Under the pieces are notes generated by a model that saw nothing but the letters and a program-made list of their open reading frames with translations, was not told the origin of the DNA and did no database searches. Shown one piece after another: positions 39,341-55,155 of a stretch of DNA of 64,000 nt. Within the stretch, counting starts at the first letter, position 1. The number at the start of each line of letters is the position of its first letter. The stretch is from Octopus vulgaris (lineage: Eukaryota), in NCBI GenBank assembly GCA_951406725.2, contig OX597817.1, forward strand, positions 21,886,001 to 21,950,000, read 5' to 3'. Both the position numbers and the translations under genes were made by a program.

Positions 39341-40177
39341 CTTGGTCATATTCGTTTTCAGATGTTGACTATTTAATGACGTACACAAATACCCAAGTGC
39401 TGGGTAAACCTAACTATGATATGTGCGTGAGTGCATTTGATTTTATGTATTTTGTTATGACAGCCTAAACCCTGAAACGACAATGTTAGCCACTTGTAGT
39501 ATTGCGGTTACGGTGTTCAATCTATATCAGCAATTGTTCCGGATCTCTATAACAACTGATAAATGTAATAGCCCTTTTGTTAATATTTGCTCCTGACATT
39601 TCCAACCCAAACTTTCATTTATCAATAAAAGAGACGTCCTTCTATTCATATTATATAGAAGTCTTTATGTGCAGAATATGTGTGTGAGTCTGTGTGTGTG
39701 TATGTGTGTGTGTGTGTGTGTACTAGATGAACGTAAGGAGACAGGAGCTGAAGGCAATTTTTCTAAAAGCAATGCTTTGTTAAAGAAGCAATACTTAATG
39801 TGCACTAGCAGTCATCGCTAGAGGCCATTGTTTCGTAAATTACCAATATGATAATTTACTGCAGAATAAATTCGGCCACTATTTTATCTATCATGTTTAA
39901 GCCATTGACTAGGATCAGTTTTCAGATGGAGAGTAATGGAATTACTATGGTGCTACTATTATAATCTCTGAGACTCTTTTGTTGCAGAAAGATGCAACGA
40001 TATATTTTTTTTTAAATATATATTTGACATTAAAATCGCTTCCTTTCGCTTTATTGTCATATCAATCAATGTTGATTCTGGTCTAGATTTCCCTTTCATC
40101 TGAGCAGAAGTAGATTTCAATTATTGTACCACGTCGCAAATATCAGAAGAGAGTAGAGGTCAAGTGTCGTCTGGTAA

Positions 40178-40178
40178 T

Positions 40179-40220
<42 letters not shown>

Positions 40221-40435
40221 AAGGAGGTTATTGTTGTTGTTCTTGTTGATGATGATGATGATGATGCTGTTGGTGTTGACGATGCCGACGACAACAATAC
40301 AGATGTTGATGGGGATGAAGATGACGACGACAATGGTGAAGATGACAGCAATGAAGATAATGATGATGATGAGGAGGATGATGATGTTAATGTTGATGAT
40401 GATGATGATGACGACGACAACGACGGTGATGATGA
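40178..40435. repeat. (GTT)n/(GAT)n low-complexity tract
   Basis: Read directly. Confidence 0.9.
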
Positions 40436-40644
40436 ACGTAATCAAAATAATTATGAAGATTATATAGTTTCATTTTTTTCCTCTATGATTTAATGGAAAT
40501 TCTTAAATTCACGTAACTTATTGTCTGCCAAAAAAGATAACATCCGAAATAATTTTGTAGTTATAGCAAATTGATAGATACAAACTTACTATCTATTGGA
40601 ATATATGTAATGTAACTATACATACATATATATATATATATATA

Positions 40645-41774
<1,130 letters not shown>

Positions 41775-42073
41775 ATGGCTGTGGAATAGAAGCTTTCTTC
41801 CCTTTCCAATCACATGGTTCAGTGCTCAGTCCAAATGCGTGGCACCTTGGTCAAGCGTAGATTTGGTAGACGGAAACTGAAAGCCCGTCGCATGTATATA
41901 TGGATATATATCTATGTGCATGTGTGTGTGTTTGTCTGTGTTTGTGTTTGTACCACTCCTATCACCCCTTGACAACCGGTGTTGATGTGATTACGTCCCC
42001 GTAACATAACGGTTGGGAAAAAGAAACGATAGAATAAGTACCAGGTTTAAAAAATAAGTACTGCGGTCAATTC
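41775..42073 (+). mobile_element. Diverged, 3'-truncated SINE family A
   Basis: atggctgtgg...cacatggttc...gatttggtagacggaaactgaaagcccgtcg...gacaaccggtgttg...gatagaataagtaccagg. Confidence 0.75.
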
Positions 42074-42107
<34 letters not shown>

Positions 42108-42300
42108 TCATCGTATAATACCTTAAGAATACCCAGGTTCGAAATTTCCCCAAGTACCCTGATGAAGGCTGGAGGGTATATCAGCCGAAAGATTGTGATA
42201 ACAACAAACAAGATGAGGACAAATATCCGTCAAATGTAAATTATGAAAAATAATGTAAATAATGTACATAATTCCTCATCTCTTAAATATAAGACTGTAC
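42074..42300 (+). mobile_element. 5'-truncated copy of the hammerhead-tailed SINE (see 63195-63513)
   Basis: (AAT)n followed by acccaggttcgaaatttccccaag..cctgatgaaggctggagggtatatcagccgaaa...acaacaaacaagatgaggacaaatatccgtcaaatgtaaa, homologous to 63300-63513. Hammerhead motif at about 42154-42199. Confidence 0.85.
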
Positions 42301-42476
42301 TTTATTTTTACCCCTAACCTAGAAATGAAGAAAGACATATTAAAATTATATTTCTCTCTTATTGTTAATTATCAATGCACAAATAAGTGTGTGATGTACA
42401 TTAGGTCCCTTACCTTCTTTTATACCTTTTGTGAAATCCGTGATAAGCCCGTGTAATGCTGATGACCTGGAGTCGC

Positions 42477-42525
<49 letters not shown>

Positions 42526-43599
42526 CGAGATGTACTCGCTATAAAACCGCGACCTGTTCACTGACAAAAATCCGTGCTGAACGGGTCGCGGTGTTATAGC
42601 GACGAAAATATTTTGACAAATTAAACTTAAATGTTGAAGTGAATCGAACGGCTTTTGAGTGTTTCTTAAATGGCTTACAAACAACATCCACGCTGCAATT
42701 GTTTATATATATATATATCGTAACATATAATTGAAATCCAAGTGTGACGTCCTATAACGTTATAGCCCTGGGAGGATATCTCTTCCAGCTGGCTGGATAT
42801 CTCTTCCAGCTGGCTAACAGCACACATTCTGTGTCCAATTAGTACTTGCGAGGGGAGGTCATCGCCCCCATTTCTAGCCTTACCTGATAGACACGGACTT
42901 TCTGGCTGGTTAACCGTGCACAGCATGTGTTAATCTCATGCTAGTGATGAAAAACTCTTTCCAGTCGCAAAATATTATATGCAATTTCCAGTGACAAACT
43001 GTCGTTGATCCCGTTATGGAAGCTACAGAGATATATCTAAGTATTGTCTGGTGCAGTTTTCCATGGTTTAGAAACAAAGGACTCTATATTAATTTGAAGC
43101 AGTTTATAAACAAGGAAACTAATGAATTGCAATTCAGTACACATGAAGAATAGAAATATCTAGCAGATTATGATATGTATTCTAACTGTATACACTTCAA
43201 TAAATAGAAGCTCATACTTAGTATTAATCATACCAGAATTTACTGACAGAACATTAAAAGAAAATATATAAGCACTGGTAAAACAATATAAGAAAAATGC
43301 GTAATTAAACTTTAAGTTTCAGGCATTCGATAGAATGAATGTCTGAATAAATATAACGTCTGAATAAATTTGATTGCTAAATAAAAAAATATGTAAACTT
43401 ATGAATCCAAGTCTATCAGCTGATAAAGAAAACTCAAGAATTGATGCAAAAACATTTAACAGAATAAATTCTACAGCGAGGTGTCTAACGTTTAGAACCA
43501 ACTCCTGCTAATTTCTGATGGAAACCAGTGTTTCTACTAAAAGCATACTACAAGAAACTGAATCAAAATGTTAATAATCGTGAGGATATAATTATCTAT

Positions 43600-43960
43600 T
43601 TTATACCAAGGAAACTATAAGTTACCAATGTTTCAAAATATGATGTGTATCGTGATGACTAACTGATGCTTCTAGAAATTGAGTGAATTGAAACAATAGC
43701 AGTTGAAAAGCAGTAGAAGCATCCCTAAGAGACATTGTTGGAAAATGCCCACGTCGTGGTCATCAATGACTTGTAATTTCAGAGATAAGGCGCCAAACCA
43801 AACTGACATGATACTGCTTTAGAACAGAGACTACCAGATTGTGTGCACATATTAATGTGACTTGAACAACAGATAATAATGTATCCAGTCAAAGAGACTG
43901 AAAACTTTACAAATATTGAAGATAAACAGTTCCAAGGACGAGACAAATTTATTCTTATCT
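43600..43960 (+). mobile_element. Old decayed RLE-type non-LTR fragment
   Basis: KHP*ETLLENAHVVVINDL*FQ..DK..NQTDMILL...INVT*TTDNNVS..KETEN resembles the H.PETVLEN..ILWDF..QTD...NRPDIV..IDV..P.D.N...KE.EK pattern. Confidence 0.5.
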
Positions 43961-44893
43961 TACTACAGTATAACTATTCCTACAACATACTACGCATAAT
44001 CGGCAACTGATGCTCTAGCACTGGCTGCATAGTGAATGTTCTATGAAATTAGCATCCAACAGCATCTTTCAAAAAAAAAATTAAACTAATTTTAGAAGAC
44101 ACGGTAAACAAGTGAAATACTAAATTAGCAAGAAATATATTAGTCATAATTCCACAACAATGCAAACCACAGAAAATATTTAAAAAAAGCTCCATCTGCC
44201 AGTTCAAAATGACAATGCTGCACATAATTCAGGAAGACGGAAGTAGAAGTCGCGTGAAAATGTTGAAAAATAATGAGGATGTCGACGATGACAAAAGTGT
44301 CTACGACAATGACGACAAATATGGTGATCATGTGGTGATAATAATGACGCATATGTCGATGATTTTAAATTTATGAACTGGAAATTATGTCAGTATCAGA
44401 GGTGATACAACTATTTCAAAATGCATCAGAAAATAACAATGTGACTATATTCTTGAAAACCGGTTCATACAAAGAGAAAAATTCAAACAATATAGATTTT
44501 TTTTTTCTTCTCTCTTAAGGAACATCAAGTAAAATGAAAATGTCTCCTGACAGATATTTCAAGTTCAGCTGACAGCAATATGTTTAAAAGAACAAGAGAA
44601 AAAATTATAAATAGAAGAAAATAAAAAACAAAACATGGAAAATATAAATATTCAAAAATATGGGATTTTGAAAAATAAAAATGAAATGATCTGCGCATTA
44701 CAGAGTGTGTGTCAGGAATATATAAGTATAAACAGAAGATGTTACGCATATACATATGACATACATGGGGAAAAAAAAACAGACACTGCAAACATGTTTT
44801 GAAAAATATTATTGATACAATAAATTTCAAAAGAAATAATAGCTCCCAGCAAACACTGTAAAAATAAGCGTAGCACAGAATGAATAGTGACGT

Positions 44894-44947
<54 letters not shown>

Positions 44948-45137
44948 AAGTAGTAGTAGTAGTAGTAACAGCAGCACAACAACAGCAAAACGGTTATACG
45001 GTTATACGATAAAATAAGTATTTTTGACAAATTCGTGTCAAAAATACTTATTGTGAATACATTCAGACACACACACATACATATACATATAGCCACACAC
45101 CTGAATATATATATATACATATATATATGTAAATTTA

Positions 45138-45191
<54 letters not shown>

Positions 45192-45343
45192 CATTTATAT
45201 ATACATATATGTATGTATATATATGTATATACATGCATACATACATATATCTTCATATATATACGAATTTTTATTACACGTTCAAAAATGCCAGAATGAA
45301 TGGTGGTATCCTTATAGAAGAGAAGTATTACTAATTTTACAGT

Positions 45344-45347
<4 letters not shown>

Positions 45348-45408
<61 letters not shown>

Positions 45409-45546
45409 CAGAGAGACAGAGAGAGACAGAGAGAGACAGAGAGAGACAGAGAGAGACAGAGAGAGACAGAGAGTGTGTGAGGGAGAGAGCTAGCGAGATA
45501 GGTAGGTAGGTAGGTAGGTAGGTAGGTAGGTAGGTAGGTTGGTTGG

Positions 45547-45641
<95 letters not shown>
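45348..45641. repeat. Compound (TA)n/(GA)n/(GGTA)n/(GATA)n microsatellite
   Basis: Read directly. Confidence 0.95.
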
Positions 45642-45898
45642 TGAATAGAAACAGCGTTTACGAAAGGTTTGTGAAACATGGGTCATATATTTTAAACTCA
45701 CTTCTTGTTTACCATTTTAAACCAACCCCACACCAAGTATCCACAGGTAAATAGGATTTGTTACTTGCAAATCTAGGGTATCCTGGCGGCACTTAAACTC
45801 TCCAACCCTATCTTATATCAATATGAGCTATATAGAGTTTCTATCTAGCCATTTTCCAGAGTCTTACATGTTGAAATACCTTGAGTCTAAAGGAAACC

Positions 45899-45952
<54 letters not shown>

Positions 45953-46181
45953 GGATTCTCCCATCGAGGACAACACATATTCCTCGAATTGTTCACCTGA
46001 TGAATAAGGTAATCTATATATTGAACGAACATGGTGCCGCATAATTGAGTGTAGAAAGTACGTACTCACCCATTATAACGTTATCTCTTTCTTTCACTCT
46101 TTCATTCTAATTCCTTTTCCCACTCACTCCCTCTCTCTCTTTCTATCTATCTCTCTATCTATATATCTTTCTGTTTTCTCT

Positions 46182-46224
<43 letters not shown>

Positions 46225-46536
46225 AGCTCACCTGCCACATACACTCAAACTTTTCCTCTAAAATCAATAGCAACAGCAACCAAATTGAAAGAATAATTTC
46301 TTTCTAATTTGAGGAAAGGTTGGAGTCGATCACAGCGACACCAGTGCTCATCTGGTACTTTATTTTATCGTCCCTGTTGGAAAGCAAACCTCGGAGAGAT
46401 TTGAGACCAGAAGGTAGAGTAGGAAAAATATAGCAAAGAATTATTTGGGAAAAGCGCTTATAATTAATTTAATCATCTGTACAAATGCAACAATAATAGT
46501 AATAATAATGATAATAATAAAAATAATAATAATAAC

Positions 46537-46620
<84 letters not shown>

Positions 46621-46621
46621 T

Positions 46622-46850
46622 AAATCAAGGTCAGCGAGGCGTTTCAAAAAAGGGTTAAGATGGTGTTGAAATCCAACCTGAATGCCAAAAGTTTCATTAC
46701 CGCAATGAATATCTGGGCAGTTGTGGTGGTCAGATATAGTGCTTCCATCCTCAAATGGACTAAGGAGGAAATATCTACACTGGATAGAAGGACGAGAAAG
46801 TTGACGAAACTGCATTGGGCGCTACACCGTAAAGCAAACGTAAACCTGCA
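46622..46850 (+). mobile_element. R4/Dong-like non-LTR fragment (post-RT thumb region) abutting (AAT)n
   Basis: RVKMVLKSNLNAKSFITAMNIWAVVVVRYSASILKWTKEEISTLDRRTRKLTKLHWALHRKANV matches the RLE-LINE pattern LKS.LN..N...AINTWAV...RYSAGI..W...EL..LDR.TRK. Confidence 0.85.
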
Positions 46851-47150
46851 AGGTATTGTGCCGTTTATCTTGATATAAGATCACCATGTCGCGCACATGT
46901 TGTGATGTACGTGCCTGGTATACTCGTTTCAGGCGAGTAGTCATGATGGGTATGCTGGGTTTCGTATACTGGTACCCCGATGTCACATTGATGTCATGCA
47001 CCGCTCTCTCAATCAATAATAATAATAATGAAAAGGAGAAGAAGATGATGATGAAGATGATGATGATGATGAAAGAGGAGAAGAAATAAGACGAAAAAGA
47101 AGAAGAAGAAGAAGAAGAAGAAGAAGAAGAAGAAGAAGAAGAAGAAGAAG

Positions 47151-47856
47151 AGCACTTGGAAGTCAATTGAAAGTCTGTAGATATCGAAGGTTACTGCCAG
47201 TAACACACTATACACATAAATTCTACCAGAAATAAGAACAAACCAGAGACAAATCACCAATGATAATAATAACAGATTTTGAGGGCAGGGGCTAGTCGAT
47301 TACATCAACCCAGTACAGCTTTACTACTTATATTATCGATTCAATGAAATGAAATGTGAAAGTGACCTCACGGGAAATGGAAAGAAAAATGTGACTACGG
47401 ATGAAATTGGGATCGCCAACAGCTCGTTGCTTGACTAATAATTAATAATAATAAAATAGGAAGAAGATACTGAAGAAGATTTATTATTATTATTATTAAG
47501 AAGATTATTATTAGAAGAAGAAGAAGAAGAAGAGCACTTGGAAATCAACCCGTTGAAAGTCTGTGGATATCGAAGGTTACTGCTATCAGTAAACAGCACA
47601 TATACACAGTTAGAATTTTCTTCAGGTCGAGTAGCCCATAAGAACAAACGGTCCCAGAATAAGGGTTGTTTAAGGATGATGAATAATAACACATTTTGAG
47701 GGCAGGTGCTAGTCGATTACATCAACCCAGTCAACACATGGCTTTACTACTATAATATAGGCTATCGATTCAATGAAATGTAATGTGAAGGTGATCACGG
47801 GAAATAGAAAGAGCAATGTGACTACGGATCAAATGTCGCCAACACTCGTTGCTTGA
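47151..47856. repeat. Imperfect tandem duplication (47151-47434 and 47533-47856)
   Basis: Both copies follow (GAA)n and run agcacttggaa..ttgaaagtctgt.gatatcgaaggttactgc...gagggcagg.gctagtcgattacatcaacccagt...ctcgttgcttga. They differ mainly by short indels. Confidence 0.9.
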
Positions 47857-47924
47857 TAACAATAATAATAATAACCGTAACAATAATAATAATAATGATA
47901 ACAAAATATGTATTATGGTATCTA

Positions 47925-47942
47925 TATTATTTTTATTATTAC

Positions 47943-47974
<32 letters not shown>

Positions 47975-47977
47975 GCC

Positions 47978-48013
<36 letters not shown>

Positions 48014-48029
48014 CATTATTATTCCAGAG

Positions 48030-48100
<71 letters not shown>

Positions 48101-48107
48101 TTTATTA

Positions 48108-48189
<82 letters not shown>

Positions 48190-48200
48190 CATTATTATTA

Positions 48201-48255
<55 letters not shown>

Positions 48256-48308
48256 CATTATTATTATTATTATTATTATTATCATTATTATTATTATTAT
48301 TATTATTA

Positions 48309-48394
<86 letters not shown>
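47925..48394. repeat. Long (ATT)n microsatellite
   Basis: Read directly. Confidence 0.95.
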
Positions 48395-48395
<1 letters not shown>

Positions 48396-48676
48396 GTTGG
48401 AGATATAAAAATAACGACGAATCGTGCGTATACCTCACATAGAGGCAAATAGATAAATCACAACTAACTCTTGTAGTAATCTATCTCAATTTCAAGTTAC
48501 CTGCTATGGGATGTAAAAAGAGAAAGAAAACCGTAATCTGGCTCGTCATATCTGGCATTACTGTGGCATTAATCTCTTGGAAAAGTCGCTTTGCATTGCT
48601 TCCATATTTCTTACATTCAGAGCTAACATAAAATATGATAAATGATCAAAACTACAAATATATATGCAACTTGAGA

Positions 48677-48716
<40 letters not shown>

Positions 48717-49133
48717 CGAAAGTATATATGTGTAAGCCTGCATAGATATGAGAATATGTTTGCATGGCCCAAATACATGGAGAAATGACGCATGTATATA
48801 TTATTTCGTTTACGCCAATAAATACACCAAATCACACATAGTTGCTTATGCATGTTCGCTTGCGTGACTGCAAGACAGAATATCTGCGTGCCATGTTAGT
48901 GTGTTTATAATGTCTGCGTGGAATACGTATGTACTGACTAGGATGTGTGTGCGTGTGTGTGCGTGTGCGTGCGAATGTGCGTGTTTGTATGTGCGAGTGT
49001 CTGTGTGTGTGAAAGAGAGTGTGTGTGTGTGTGACAATGATTATTGATATGCGCATTTATATGTGCATTCACATATATCTGTACATAAAATTATGTTACA
49101 GATATGTTTGACGATACATAAAGACACACACAC

Positions 49134-49233
<100 letters not shown>

Positions 49234-49871
49234 GTGAATGTATGTAATATGTATATATTTGTATGCATATATATATATATATGTGTGTGTGTTTATGAAA
49301 ATATATATATATACATATAAGCACATCTATCTACTTATATATTTATATATATGTATATATATCTGTGTGTGTGTATGTGTATGTATATACAAAATACACA
49401 TCCACAATACATGTCTCTGTGTGTATATATTCATATTTATCCATCTATCTATCTATACAAATTTTTGCCTGCATGCATACATACATACGTACATTCATAC
49501 ATTCATACATACAAGTGTATGTATATGTGTGTGCGTAGAGAGCTACAAAGCATGTCTATTTGATTTGAAAGTACACATTTGTTAGTATGCCAGCTGGTTG
49601 AGAATTTAGAACATACTGCCATTCTCAATTGAACGAATTCTGCCAGATGCCGAACATCTTGTTTCATCTTAATCACAGCTTCTCCGCTAAGTAAAGCATT
49701 GCTTTCGCGATGAATGCGTATATGCGTAGGAGTGCGTGCATGTGTCTATATGTATGTATGTATCGCTCTATACAAACGGGGACAAATGCATTGAAGTATA
49801 CACACACACACACACATATTTATATATATATACTAACACATACACAGATATATATTATTTCTATACATCGA

Positions 49872-50018
49872 TGCAGATATGGCTGTGTGGTAGAAGGACT
49901 GGTTCCCAGCAATTAATGCATAATTCCACTCCCTGATACCAAGCGTAAGGGACTTCTACTATAGCGTCGTGTCGACCAAGGCTTTTCCTTACATTTAGTG
50001 AACGGAAACTGAATGAAG

Positions 50019-50022
<4 letters not shown>
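49872..50022 (+). mobile_element. Decayed 5' half of SINE family A
   Basis: tgcagatatggctgtgtggtagaag...cttctactatagc..gtcgaccaagg...acggaaactgaatgaagccc, then (TA)n. Confidence 0.6.
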
Positions 50023-50053
<31 letters not shown>

Positions 50054-50314
50054 TAAATATTTGTTGTGCAAATGGCTGACTCCGGTTAGTATATGGAGAG
50101 ACACAAATAAGAAAGAAGAAAACGGACCACTGATGCGGTCACAGGATGTGACGAAAGAACCTGGCCGAAATAAGATTAAGTTTAATGTAAAAAATAAATA
50201 ACACTGAGGGGTTGGTGATCCCTGCAAAATATCACCAAATATATAGTTGGCCTGCGTGTTTTTATTCGAAGGCTAAACAATGCGAACGCAATATGACCAT
50301 TCCGAAATATAACA

Positions 50315-50395
<81 letters not shown>

Positions 50396-52345
50396 CCTAT
50401 TTATTTCAATATTTATTTCAAAGGCTTTGCAGACATTAATTACTAATTTGTGTCGTGATCAGAATTCTGAAGGTCATATAAATTCTTCAAAATTCCATGA
50501 GCAGGCTGTTCCGCTGTTCGGATGTACTCTGTCTGTCTCTCTGTCTGTGTCTTAGTTGTGTGTATGTATATTGTTCGCGCACGCGTGTGTACTCACACAC
50601 ACACACACATACACAAACACACATACACATATATTATTGATTAACAGGAAATTTTACCAAAACCACGCAGTTGTTTGCGTAGAGGTGAGGACATTCAATA
50701 AATGTCGTAGAAGCTTTTTCACTTACAAATAAATTCCCTCTGGAAAAATAGCTCTTTGACAAGTAGAAATTCAAAGAAATTATTGTCCCAACCTTACATT
50801 GAAGACACAGCATCAATGATGAGGCGCTTTTGACTGTAATTGAAAAGCTTTAATTTTGAGAAGATTGCATTATTGTCTATCGATGAGACTTGATATTGTA
50901 GCCAAGACACTGCACGATGGATCTATCGGAAGTGTAACCCTGAAACATATAAGAATCTATAGTGCATAGACACCATAGCCACTAATAATGAGATTAGGAT
51001 GTTCATGTTGTTGTTGTTGTTGTTGTTAAGCCACAAGACGGGTAAGGGTGATTAGGTGATGGTTTAGGGCTTAGAGGTGGGAGACACCAGACCTTGGAAA
51101 AAAGAATTTTGGTCATCTTGTTGTAGGCGAGGGCCCTTCTTAGACGCCCGACACCATTAGGAGGTGGCCCTCGAAGTCACTGAAAATGGAGATCTCCAGG
51201 TCCAAATACTTGAACGGCAGGATGTTCTTGTGAAAGCCTCAGAAAAATTCGAACATACGACTAAACATAGCAGTTTGAGACAGCAAAGAGAAAATAGTGG
51301 AAATCTGCGGCCAAATAGTTGTCAACACAAAGCTAAGAATCAGCAAAAAATATAAGACCTATGTTGTACTATTTTGAAATATACAGAAACTTCACCCGGA
51401 CTACAAATTTAGATCTATACGTGTAATTTTGGATGACTTACATATGTAACACGGTGCATCAGTACTAGTCTGGCGAAATTAAGTTTTACAAAACCAAGAA
51501 GAAAGTTTATTAGAAGGCTACAGATACAAACCATCAAAGAAAATATATATGTAGATGATTAGAGATGAAACTATGATTATAAATGTATAAAGCAAAACAT
51601 ACTGATATGCTTATGTACTGACGCCAAATACTCCCACAAATACAAGCAGGTATTCATAAATACTTGTTGATGCTGTTGAAATTCTAATTGAGTCGCCATG
51701 GATCTAAGTTAGAAAACGGCTCTTTCTCCATTGCCGAGAAATCTAGAAATAAAACTAAATTGCAGTATACGTACACATGCATGAATACATATATACCCGT
51801 GCACATATCTATTTGTGCGCATAAAGGTATGTATATAAGCACGTAAGATAATATGTCCAACTCTCAAGATTATATATTTATGTGAATGTGTGGATATGTA
51901 CGCGTATGAATGATGGTAGTTTGCGACTGACAGTATGAACGCTTAAAAACGGAAGCTTGTATATGGATTAACGAGAACTGCCATATCCTTTACGCTAGAT
52001 TTAATCACACTGTCTGAGAACTTTTCAAATTAATTTCAAATAATTTCTCCCACTAATCTACTTGAATATACATTTCTGTCCACTTTAATGTATGTAATCT
52101 AGATAGATGTGTTCATATCGAACATCCCACGAATCGTCTACTTATTTCGTCAAATACCATTTAATCATGTAAACTTCTGTACTTTGTTCATTAATGAAGC
52201 TTAAATTTTGTGATTTCGAAAGTTAGTTTAAACTGTTTTCTCCCTTGGTTAAGAATACAGAAGCACACACAGGTACTCATATATACTGACATGTGTACAC
52301 AAACACAAACACACCCCAACACATATACAGGTATATGTTTGCTTG

Positions 52346-52409
<64 letters not shown>

Positions 52410-53362
52410 TACGTTCATATACAGTATATCCGAATAGGAAAAATAAAACAAACTAGTCATTACGTATTACTGAATATTTCTTACTGGATTGATATTTTCA
52501 ATACTGAAGAAGAGATTTTACCATATATTTATATATATATATACACTCTCTGAATGCGTTATATATTGGAAATAATATAACATCACGTACATTGATTCAT
52601 ACTATAATCATTATTCTTGTACACCCGAACAATTTCTCAAATTTAGAGTTAATTGCGTAGTCCTTTACAGATCGACGGTATCATTTCTTGGTTGATCAGT
52701 GCTAGTCATATCAGGACGGAAGACGGAAACACATACACACACAGAGACGGATAGATATAGACAGAGAGAGAAAGAGAGAGAGAGAAGGAGAAAATTATCT
52801 ATAGAGAAGTGTACTTGGATTTTTCTTTTTAAAAATCATAATATTAAAATTAATTTGCTACTACTGGATGTTAAGTGGATTACAATGTTCGTTGAAGCTA
52901 CCTTAAGTTTCATTCATCCCCGATTTTGGGATTGCTCTTCTAAAATGCATTTCCTTCTATTATATTGCTATTATTTTTTCTACATTATATTCATTCAAAT
53001 TATTACATATATATTAGTGATAGGAAATTTATCAATTGTAAATAATGTAATTTTTTTCGTATATGCCTTCATGCCAAATAGAAGTTCCGCACAGAATGTT
53101 ATGGTGGCGTAAAGAATTGGATTTTTAAAGGAATTTTTATAGTTGTAAATATTTCATATCTTTCTGCGTTGATACATATTTCCATATAGGCTTTAATATG
53201 GCAAAATATAAATAAACGTAAGCAAATGTTATATTCTTTTGGACATGTTTTGGATATTGATTTCTAACTGTATAATATAGCATATCAGGTTACAATTATA
53301 ACCTGGGTTGTATCCTTCAGCTATAAATTCCGCCGAATAGTGTGCAATATATATATGTGTCT

Positions 53363-53403
<41 letters not shown>

Positions 53404-55090
53404 TGTGTAATATATATATATATATATATATATGAAGATACATACATACAATATACACATATACATCATTTTGCACAGCTAAATCTTTTGACTAAAAGGT
53501 AACACTAAGAACTTAAGCAGTCACTTTCAAAGTTTGCAAACATGTTTTGCTTCAATACTATTTACGATCTGTCAATTTAGTAAATAAAAAAACTAGTAAC
53601 AATTATGGTAAAATATTCTCAAAATATATGTGTGAGAATATATATATATATATTTATATAAAGAGAAAATGATAGAGTGTGTGTGAGTGTGTGTGTGTGT
53701 GTGTGTGATGGAGAGAGAGGAAGAGGGAATATTTTTTTACGCTTTATCGGAAAAGAAACTATGTTACTGAGACAGAATTCTGATAGAGAAACATACACCA
53801 CAACGTATTTTCTAGCTATGTGAAAGATATAGTTGAAAAAAAGCTAAAGATAGTTGCATTGAACGGTGTTTTGATTCCATTTCACACGAGCACACACACG
53901 CACACACACATACACCCACACACACACACCTGTAAACGCTCAAGCAAGTACACACACAAACTAAACCCGCTATCATAGGTGCATGTACGCATACAAATAT
54001 ATATATATATATATATGCATTCGATTTACAGATATAAGATCGGCCATTTCATTGAATAAATGTCCGGTTGACAGCCGAGGATTTAGGTAGCAACCAGAAA
54101 GACACTCGTAACAAATAAATCTGATAACCCGTTTCAAACGACCAGGTGAATGCTATTTTTACCTGAGCGCGGCACCCAGTGAAAGTCAGACGAAAGTGCG
54201 GATTTGCTCATATTGACATACATGTTACTTTAATAAGTTAGTACTACATAATACTTTAATCTTGGTTTATACTAGCCCTGTTAAGTTTCTACAGTGTAAA
54301 TGCACATATATATACACATACATATGTACATATGTATATGTATATATATATATGTGTGTGTGTGTTGTGTGTGTCTGTGTGTGTGTGTATAATGACACGT
54401 TTGCATATATATGGGTGTGTATGTATGTGTAAATAAATACTCATCAGGAGAGGTTATATCTACAGTAGTATATATACGTATATGTGTGTGCGTACCTGTA
54501 TTTATGCATGTAAATGTATGTATTTATGTATGTATGTATGTATGTATGTATGTATGTATGTATGTATGTATGTATGTATGTATGTTTGTATGTGTATGTA
54601 TTATTCTACATCACACATTATGATATGGACACATTTGATAGACGTATAAGGCAAGTAGCGTAAATCCTGTATCGAAGAACACACAGACTCTCGTATACAC
54701 TCTCAGACATACGTACATAGACTCTTTCACACTAAGATACATACAGAGTGGAATACAGATTTACAAACAGATATGCCAAATGGAAAAAGAGAAAGCAACA
54801 AAATAACACAGAATGCAGCCTACATATATCTTTGATTCATCCAGACTATATTCAGACTGACAGGATCTGTCATGTGCAAAGATGTGTATAATTTATGTGC
54901 ACCTATAAAGTTCTTTATACGTAGAGTGAAAAAAAAAACTGTAAGTGTGGTTGTACATTAACACGAACAGACGTATTTTAACTCAGGGAAAAAAAAAATC
55001 TAGAGCGCATATAAACTAATCTCGATTTCTCAATCGATATGAATATACATATATATATATATATATATATAAATATACATATATATATAT

Positions 55091-55155
<65 letters not shown>

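Noticed and set aside
40164-40493. Asp-rich acidic ORF
   Set aside because: (GTT)n/(GAT)n low complexity, open in several frames on both strands.
45994-46036. cac-CTGATGA...GAAC...gtg near (TA)n as another hammerhead
   Set aside because: GAAA is not intact, stem II is weak, and there is no palindromic stem III or UH. At best a very decayed copy.
50124-50166. CTGATGC-G-GTCACA(GGA)TGTGAC-GAAA hammerhead-like motif
   Set aside because: It lacks stem III and UH. The surrounding 50065-50300 aligns loosely to the head B + tail 3 SINE (ggtgatccctgc, gttggcctgc, gaaggctaaacaatgcgaacgca), so it is more likely a corrupted SINE copy.
51030-51270. GC-richer block after (GTT)n, possibly a LINE 5' region
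   Set aside because: I could not identify any diagnostic motif, so it is left unannotated.
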